Below are positions 56,381 through 64,000 of a DNA stretch of 64,000 nt, one piece after another (position 1 is the first letter of the stretch; the number at the start of each line of letters is the position of its first letter). The notes under the pieces were generated by a model that saw nothing but the letters and a program-made list of their open reading frames with translations, was not told the origin of the DNA and searched no databases. Made by a program: the position numbers and the translations under genes. The DNA is from Eledone cirrhosa (taxonomy: Eukaryota): the NCBI GenBank assembly GCA_964016885.1, contig OZ024741.1, positions 261,888,001 through 261,952,000 of the forward strand, given 5' to 3'.

Positions 56381-59300
56381 CACCATCCTCTATCCCACCC
56401 ACGAAGTCTACCTTGCCTCTAACAACACCATCCTCTACCCCACCGAGGATGTCAACCTAGCCTCTGTCAACACCATCCTCTACCCCACCGAGGAAGTCTA
56501 CCTTGCCTCTGGCAACACCATCCTCTACCCCACCGAGGAAGTCTACCTTGCCTCTGTTAACACCATCCTCTACCCCACCGAGGAAGTCTACCTTGCCTCT
56601 AACAACACCATCCTCTACCCCACCGAGGATGTCAACCTTGCCTCTGTCAACACCATCCTCTACCCCACCGAGGAAGTCTATCTTGCCTCTGACAATACCA
56701 TCCTCTACCCAACCGAGGAAGTCTACCTTGCCTCTGTCAACACCATCCACTACCCCATCGAGGAAGTCTACCTTGCCTCTGGTGTCACCATCCTCTACCT
56801 CACCGAGGAAGTCTACCTTGCCTCTGTCAACACCATCCTCTACCCCACCGAGGAAGTCTACCTTGCCTCTGTCAACACGATCCTCTACCTCACCGACGAA
56901 GTCTACCTTGCCTCTGTCAACACCATCCTCTACCCCACCGAGGAAGTCTACCTTGCCTCTGATGACACCATCCTCTACCCCACCGAGGATGTCTACCTTG
57001 CCTCACTCAACACCATCCTCTACCCCACCGAGGTAGTCTACCTTGCCTCTGGTGACACCATCCTCTACCCCACCGAGGAAGTCTACCTTGCCTCTGGTGA
57101 CACCATCCTCTACCCCACCGAGGAAGTCTACCTTGCCTCTGGTGACACCATCCTCTACACCACCGAGGAAGTCTACCTTGCCTCTAACAACACCATCCCC
57201 TACCCCACCGAGGAAGTCTACCTTGCTTCTGTCAACACTATCCTCTACCCCACCGAGGAAGTCTACCTTGCCTCTGATGACACCATCCTCTACCCCACCG
57301 AGGAAGTCTACCTTGCCTCTGACAACACCATCCTCTACCCCACCTAGGAAGTCTACCTTGTGTCTGTCAACACCATCCTCTACCCCACCGAGGAAGTCTA
57401 ACTTGCCTCTGGTGACACCATCCCTTACCCCACCGAGGAAGTCTACCTTGCCTGTGTCAACACCATCCTCTACCCCACCGAGGAAGTCTAACTTGCCTCT
57501 TGTGATACCATCCTCTACCCCACCGAGGAAGTCTACCTTGCCCCTGTCAACGCCATCCTCTACCCCACCGAGGAAGTTTACCTTGCCTCTGGTGACACCA
57601 TCCTCTACCCCAACTAGGAAGTCTACCTTACTTCTGTCAACACCATCCTCTACCCCACCGAGGAAGTCTACCTTGCCTCAGGTGACACCATCCTCTACCC
57701 CACCGAGGAAGTCTAGCTTGCCTCTGATGACACCATCCTCTACCCCACTGAGGAAGTCTACCTTGCCTCTGTCAACACTATCCTCTACCAGACCGAGGAA
57801 GTCTACCTTGCCTCTGATGACACCATCCTCTACCCCACCGAGGAAGTCTACCTTGCCTCTCTTAACACCATCCTCTACACCACCAAGGAAGTCTACCTTG
57901 CTTCTGTCAACACCTTCCTCTACCCCATCGAGGATGTCTACCTTGCCTCTGGTGAAACCATCCTCTACCCAACCAATGAAGTCTACCTTGCTTCTGTCAA
58001 CACCATCATCTACCCCACCTATGAAGTCTACCTTGCCTCTGACAACACCATCCTCTACCCCACCAAGGAAGTCTACTTTGCCTATGTCCACAACATCCTC
58101 TAACCCGCCGAGGAACTCTAACTTACCTCTGATGACATCATCCTCTACCCCACCGAAGAAGTCTACCTTGCCTCTTTTAAACCCATCCTCTACCCCGACA
58201 TGGAAGTCTACTTTGCCTCTCACAACACCATCCTCTACCCACCGAGGAATCTACCTTGCCTCTGTCAATACCATCCTCTACCCCAGTGAGGAAGTCTATT
58301 TGCCTCTTGTGACACTATCCTCTACCCCACCGAGGAAGTCTACCTTGCCTCTGTCAACACCATCCTCTACCCCACCGAGGAAGTCTACTTACCTCTGGTG
58401 ACACTATCCTCTACCCCGCCGAGGAAGTCTACCTTGCCTCTGACAACACCATCCTCTACCCCACCGTGGAAGTCTATCTTGCCTCTGACAACACCATCCT
58501 CTACCCCACCGAGGAAGTTTACCTTACCTCTGTCAACACCATCCTCTACCCCATCGAGGAAGACTACCTTGCCTCTGGTGACACCATCCTCTACCCCACC
58601 GAGGAAGTCTACCTTGCCTCAATCAACACCATCCTTTAGCCCAGCGAGTAAATCTACCTTGCCTCTGTCAACACCATCCTCTATCTCACCGAGGAAGTCT
58701 ACCTTGCCTCTGTCAACACGATCCTCTACCTCACCGACGAAGTCTACCTTGCCTCTGTCAACACCATCCTCTACCCCACCGAGGAAGTCTACCTTGCCTC
58801 TGTCAACACGATCCTCTACCTCACCGACGAAGTCTACCTTGCCTCTGATGACACCATCCTCTAGCCCAGCGAGTAAATCTACCTTGCCCCTGGTGACACC
58901 ATCCTCTACCCCACCGAGGAAGTCTACCTTGCCTCTGGTGAAACCATCCTCTACCCCAACTATGAAATCTACCTTGCCTCTGTCAACACGATCCTCTACC
59001 TCACCGAGGAAGTCTACCTTGCCTTTGGTGACACCATCCTCTACTCCACCGAGGAAGTCTACCTTGCCTCTGTCAACACCATCCTCTATCCCACCGAGGA
59101 AGTCTAGATTGCCTCTGATGACACCATCCTCTACCTCACCAAGGAAGTCTACCTTGCCTCTGTCAACACTATCCTCTACCCCACCGAGGAAGTCTACCTT
59201 GCCTCTGATGACACCATACTCTACCCCATCGAGGAAGTCTACCTTGCCTCTGGTGACACCATCCTCTAGCCCACCGAGGAAGTCTACCTTGCGTCTGGTG

Positions 59301-62300
59301 TCACCATCCTCTACCTCACCGAGGAAGTCTACCTTGCCTCTGGGGAAACCATCCTCTACCCCACCTATGAAATCTACCTTGCCTCTGTCAACACGATCCT
59401 CTACCTCAACGAGGAAGTCTACCTTGCCTTTGGTGACACCTTCCTCTACCCCACCGAGGAAGTCTACCTTGCCTCTGGTGACACCATCCTCTACCCCACC
59501 AAGGAAGTCTAGCTTGCCTCTGATGACACCATCCTCTACCTCACCGAGGAAGTCTACCTTGCCTGTGATGACACCATCCCCTACCCCAACGAGTAAATCT
59601 ACCATGCCTCTACTAACACCATCCTCTACATCACCGAGGAAGTCTACCTTGCCTCTGACAACACCATCCTCTACCCCACCTAGGAAGTCTACCTTGCTTC
59701 TGTCAACACCATCCTCTACCCCACCGAGGAAGTCTAACTTGCCTCTGGTGACACCATCCTCTACCCCACATATGAAGTCTACCTTGCCTCTGTCAACACT
59801 ATCCTCTACCCCACCGAGGAAGTCTACCTTGCCTCTGATGACACCATCCTCTACCCCACCAAGGAAGTCTACCTTGCCTCTACTAACACCATCCTCTACA
59901 TCACCGAGGAAGACTACCTTGCCTCTGTCAAGACCATCCTCTACCCCACCGAGGAAGTCTAACTTGCCTCTGGTGACACCATCCTCTACCCCACCGAGGA
60001 AGTCTACCTTGCCTCTGTCAACACCATCCTCTAGCCCACCGAGGAAGTCTACCTTGCCTCTGTCAACACCATCCTCTACCCCACCGAGGAAGTCTAGCTT
60101 GCCTCTCTCATCACCATCCTCTACCCCACCGAGGAAGTCTAACTTCCCTCTGGTGACACCATCCTCTACCCCACCGAGAAAGTCTACCTTGCCCTTGTCA
60201 ACACCATCCTCTACCCCACCGAGAAAGTTTACCTTGCCTCTGGTGACACCATCCTCTACCCCACCGAGGAAGTCTAACTTGCCTCTGTCAACACCATCAT
60301 CCACACCACCGAGGAAGTCTACCTTGCCAATGGTGCCACCATCCCCTACCCCACCGAGGAAGTCTACCTTGCCTCTGGTGTCACCATCCTCTACTCCACC
60401 GAGGAAGTTTACCTTGCCTCTGTTAACACCATCCTCTACCCCACCGAGGAAGTCTACCTTGCCTCTGTCAACACCATCCTCTACCCCACCGAGGAAGACT
60501 ACCTTGTCTCTGATAACACCATCCTCTACCCCACCGAGGAAGTCTACCTTGCCTCTGACAACAACATCCTCTACCTCACCGAGGAAGTCTACCTTGCCTC
60601 TGACAACACCATCCTCTACCCCACCGAGGAAGTCAACCTTGCCTCTGTCAACACCATCCTCTATCCCACCGAGGATGTCAACCCTGCCTCTGTCAACACC
60701 ATCCTCTACCGCACCAAGGAAGTCTACCTTTCCTCTGACAACACTATCCTCTACCCCACCCAGGATGTCTACCTTGCCTCTGTAACACCATCCTCTATCC
60801 CACCCACGAAGTCTACCTTGCCTCTAACAACACCATCCTCTACCCCACCGAGGATGTCAACCTAGCCTCTGTCAACACCATCCTCTACCCCACCGAGGAA
60901 GTCTACCTTGCCTCTGGCAACACCATCCTCTACCCCACCGAGGAAGTCTACCTTGCCTCTGTTAACACCATCCTCTACCCCACCGAGGAAGTCTACCTTG
61001 CCTCTAACAACACCATCCTCTACCTCACCGACGAAGTCTACCTTGCCTCTGTCAACACCATCCTCTACCCCACCGAGGAAGTCTACCTTGCCTCTGATGA
61101 CACCATCCTCTACCCCACCGAGGATGTCTACCTTGCCTCACTCAACACCATCCTCTACCCCACCGAGGTAGTCTACCTTGCCTCTGGTGACACCATCCTC
61201 TACCCCACCGAGGAAGTCTACCTTGCCTCTGGTGACACCATCCTCTACCCCACCGAGGAAGTCTACCTTGCCTCTGGTGACACCATCCTCTACACCACCG
61301 AGGAAGTCTACCTTGCCTCTAACAACACTATCCCCTACCCCACCGAGGAAGTCTACCTTGCTTCTGTCAACACTATCCTCTACCCCACCGAGGAAGTCTA
61401 CCTTGCCTCTGATGACACCATCCTCTACCCCACCGAGGAAGTCTACCTTGCCTCTGACAACACCATCCTCTACCCCACCTAGGAAGTCTACCTTGTGTCT
61501 GTCAACACCATCCTCTACCCCACCGAGGAAGTCTAACTTGCCTCTGGTGACACCATCCTCTACCCCACCGAGGAAGTCTACCTTGCCTGTGTCAACACCA
61601 TCCTCTACCCCACCGAGGAAGTCTAGCTTGCCTCTCTCATCATCATCCTCTACCCCACCGAGGAAGTCTAACTTGCCTCTTGTGATACCTTCCTCTACCC
61701 CACCGAGGAAGTCTACCTTGCCCCTGTCAACGCCATCCTCTACCCCACCGAGGAAGTTTACCTTGCCTTTGGTGACACCATCCTCTACCCCAACTAGGAA
61801 GTCTACCTTACTTCTGTCAACACCATCCTCTACCCCACCGAGGAAGTCTACCTTGCCTCAGGTGACACCATCCTCTACCCCACCGAGGAAGTCTACCTTG
61901 CCTCTGGTGACACCACCCTCTACCCCACCGAGGAAGTCTAGCTTGCCTCTGATGACACCATCCTCTACCCCACTGAGGAAGTCTACCTTGCCTCTGTCAA
62001 CACTATCCTCTACCAGACCGAGGAAGTCTACCTTGCCTCTGATGACACCATCCTCTACCCCACCGAGGAAGTCTACCTTGCCTCTCTTAACACCATCCTC
62101 TACACCACCAAGGAAGTCTACCTTGCTTCTGTCAACACCTTCCTCTACCCCACCGAGGAAGTCTACCTTGCCTCTCTTAACACCATCCTCTACCCCAACT
62201 AGGAAGTCTACCTTACTTCTGTCAACACCATCCTCTACCCCACCGAGGAAGTCTACCTTGCCTCAGGTGACACCATCCTCTACCCCACCGAGGAAGTCTA

Positions 62301-64000
62301 CCTTGCCTCTGGTGAAACCATCCTCTACCCAACCAATGAAGTCTACCTTGCTTCTGTCAACACCATCATCTACCCCACCTATGAAGTCTACCTTGCCTCT
62401 GACAACACCATCCTCTACCCCACCTATGAAGTCAACCTTGCCTCTGTCAACACCATCCTCTACCGCACCGAGGAAGTCTACCTTTCCTCTGACAACACTA
62501 TCCTCTACCCCACCCAGGATGTCTACCTTGCCTCTGTAACACCATCCTCTATCCCACCCACGAAGTCTACCTTGCCTCTAACAACACCATCCTCTACCCC
62601 ACCGAGGATGTCAACCTAGCCTCTGTCAACACCATCCTCTACCCCACCGAGGAAGTCTACCTTGCCTCTGTCAACACCATCCTCTACCCCACCGAGGAAG
62701 TCTACCTTGCCTCTGTCAACACCATCCTCTACCTCAACGAGGAAGTCTACGGTGCCTCTGGCAACACCTTCCTCTACCCCACCGAGGATGTCAACCTAGC
62801 CTCTGTCAACACCATCCTCTACCCCACCGAGGAAGTCTACCTTGCCTCTGTCAACACCATCCTCTACCCCACCGAGGATGTCAACCTAGCCTCTGTCAAC
62901 ACCATCCTCTACCCCACCAAGGAAGTCTACCTTGCCTCTGGCAACACCATCCTCTACCCCACCGAGGAAGTCTACCTTGCCTCTGTTAACACCATCCTCT
63001 ACCCCACCGAGGAAGTCTACCGTGCCTCTGGCAACACCATCCTCTACCCCACCGAGGAAGTCTACCGTGCCTCTGGCAACACCATCCTCTACCTCACGAG
63101 GAAGTCTACCTTGCCTCTGGCAACACCATCCTCTACCCCACCGAGGAAGTCTACCGTGCCTCTGGCAACACCATCCTCTACCCCACCGAGGAAGTCTACC
63201 GTGCCTCTGGCAACACCATCCTCTACCTCACGAGGAAGTCTACCTAGCCTCTGTCAACACCATCCTCTACCCCACCGAGGATGTCTACCTTGCCTCTGGC
63301 AACACCATCCTCTACCCCACCGAGGATGTCAACCTAGCCTCTGTCAACACCATCCACTACCCCACCGAGGAATTCTACCTTGCCTCTGGCAACACCATCC
63401 TCTACCCCACCGAGGAAGTCTACCGTGCCTCTGGCAACACCATCCTCTACCCCACCGAGGATGTCAACCTTGCCTCTGATTACACGATCCTCTACCCCAC
63501 CGAGGAAGTCTACCTTGCCTCTGTCAACACCATCCTCTACCCACCGAGGAAGTCTACCTTGCCTCTGTCAACACCATCCTCTACCCCACCGAGGAAGTCT
63601 ACCTTGCCTCTAACAACACCATCCTCTACCCCACCGAGGAAGTCTACCTTGCCTCTGTCAACACCATCCTCTACCCCACCGAGGAAGTCTACCTTGCCTC
63701 TAACAACACCATCCTCTACCCCACCGAGGATGTCAACCTTGCCTCTGTCAACACCATCCTCTACCCCACCGAGGAAGTCTATCTTGCCTCTGACAATACC
63801 ATCCTCTACCCAACCGAGGAAGTCTACCTTGCCTCTGTCAACACCATCCACTACCCCATCGAGGAAGTCTGCCTTGCCTCTGGTGACACCATCCTCTACC
63901 CCACCGAGGATGTCTACCTTGCCTCTGTCAACACCATCCTCTACCCCACCGAGGAAGTCTACCTTGCCTCTGGTGCTACCATCCTCTACCTCACCGAGGA

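Larger units (their letters stand above)
49650..62600. repeat. Super-repeat of ~4.1-4.5 kb: an expanded first copy (~49.65-57.0 kb), a second copy (~57.0-61.15 kb) and a partial third copy
   Basis: GAGGTAGTCTACC at 49656/57030/61165 and TTGTGTCTG at 49984/57358/61493 give offsets of 7,374 and 4,135. A deletion cluster is shared at ~50600/58244. Confidence 0.8.
1..64000. repeat. 45-bp monomer tandem repeat array (satellite/minisatellite), ~1,420 head-to-tail copies, extending beyond both window edges
   Basis: Every line matches the consensus ACACCATCCTCTACCCCACCGAGGAAGTCTACCTTGCCTCTG(T/A)CA with only a few substitutions per copy. The period is 45 bp, with occasional 43, 44 or 46 bp copies. 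No inversion or unique insert was seen. Confidence 0.99.
49500..64000. repeat. Array domain B (right, more diverged variant vocabulary)
   Basis: Characterised by GAGTAAATCT, CTATGAA, GTCTAGATT, GGGGAAACC, CCAATGGTGCC, ACACTATCC, GAGGATGTCAACC and more frequent GGTG/GATG monomers. Confidence 0.8.

Noticed and set aside
24-63613. Giant mucin or adhesin gene, or many separate CDSs, from the + strand ORFs
   Set aside because: Most ORFs begin at the repeat's TTG and contain no non-repetitive domain. They are broken by dozens of frameshifts and stops that were themselves amplified by duplication.
1-64000. CRISPR array
   Set aside because: There are no unique spacers. The variable part is only ~3-6 nt within a contiguous 45-bp unit and recurs many times, and there are no cas genes or leader.
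1-64000. Telomeric repeat, diversity-generating retroelement or antigenic-variation cassette system
   Set aside because: There is no canonical short telomere motif and no reverse transcriptase, recombinase or expression locus in the window. Variation is not adenine-specific and is explained by ordinary tandem-repeat turnover.

Overview
The whole 64-kb window is one head-to-tail tandem array (satellite/minisatellite DNA) of a 45-bp monomer, about 1,420 copies, all in the same orientation and running off both ends. The consensus is ACACCATCCTCTACCCCACCGAGGAAGTCTACCTTGCCTCTG(T/A)CA. I saw no unique sequence, recognisable gene, RNA gene, transposon or CRISPR spacer. The many ORFs arise because 45 is a multiple of 3 and several frames of the monomer lack stops: + STPSSTPPRKSTLPL, + NTILYPTEEVYLASV and - DRGKVDFLGGVEDGV. 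Most + ORFs start at TTG, and the frames are broken by recurrent 44-bp monomers and stop variants. The real information is in the order of variant monomers. There are two domains with different variant vocabularies (boundary near 49.5 kb), shuffled multi-monomer cassettes, and nested near-identical duplications of 180 bp to 3.3 kb. A hypervariable site often forms an 11-bp palindrome. All comparisons were made by eye, so edges are approximate. The organism cannot be identified, and no novel functional system can be demonstrated from this sequence alone.
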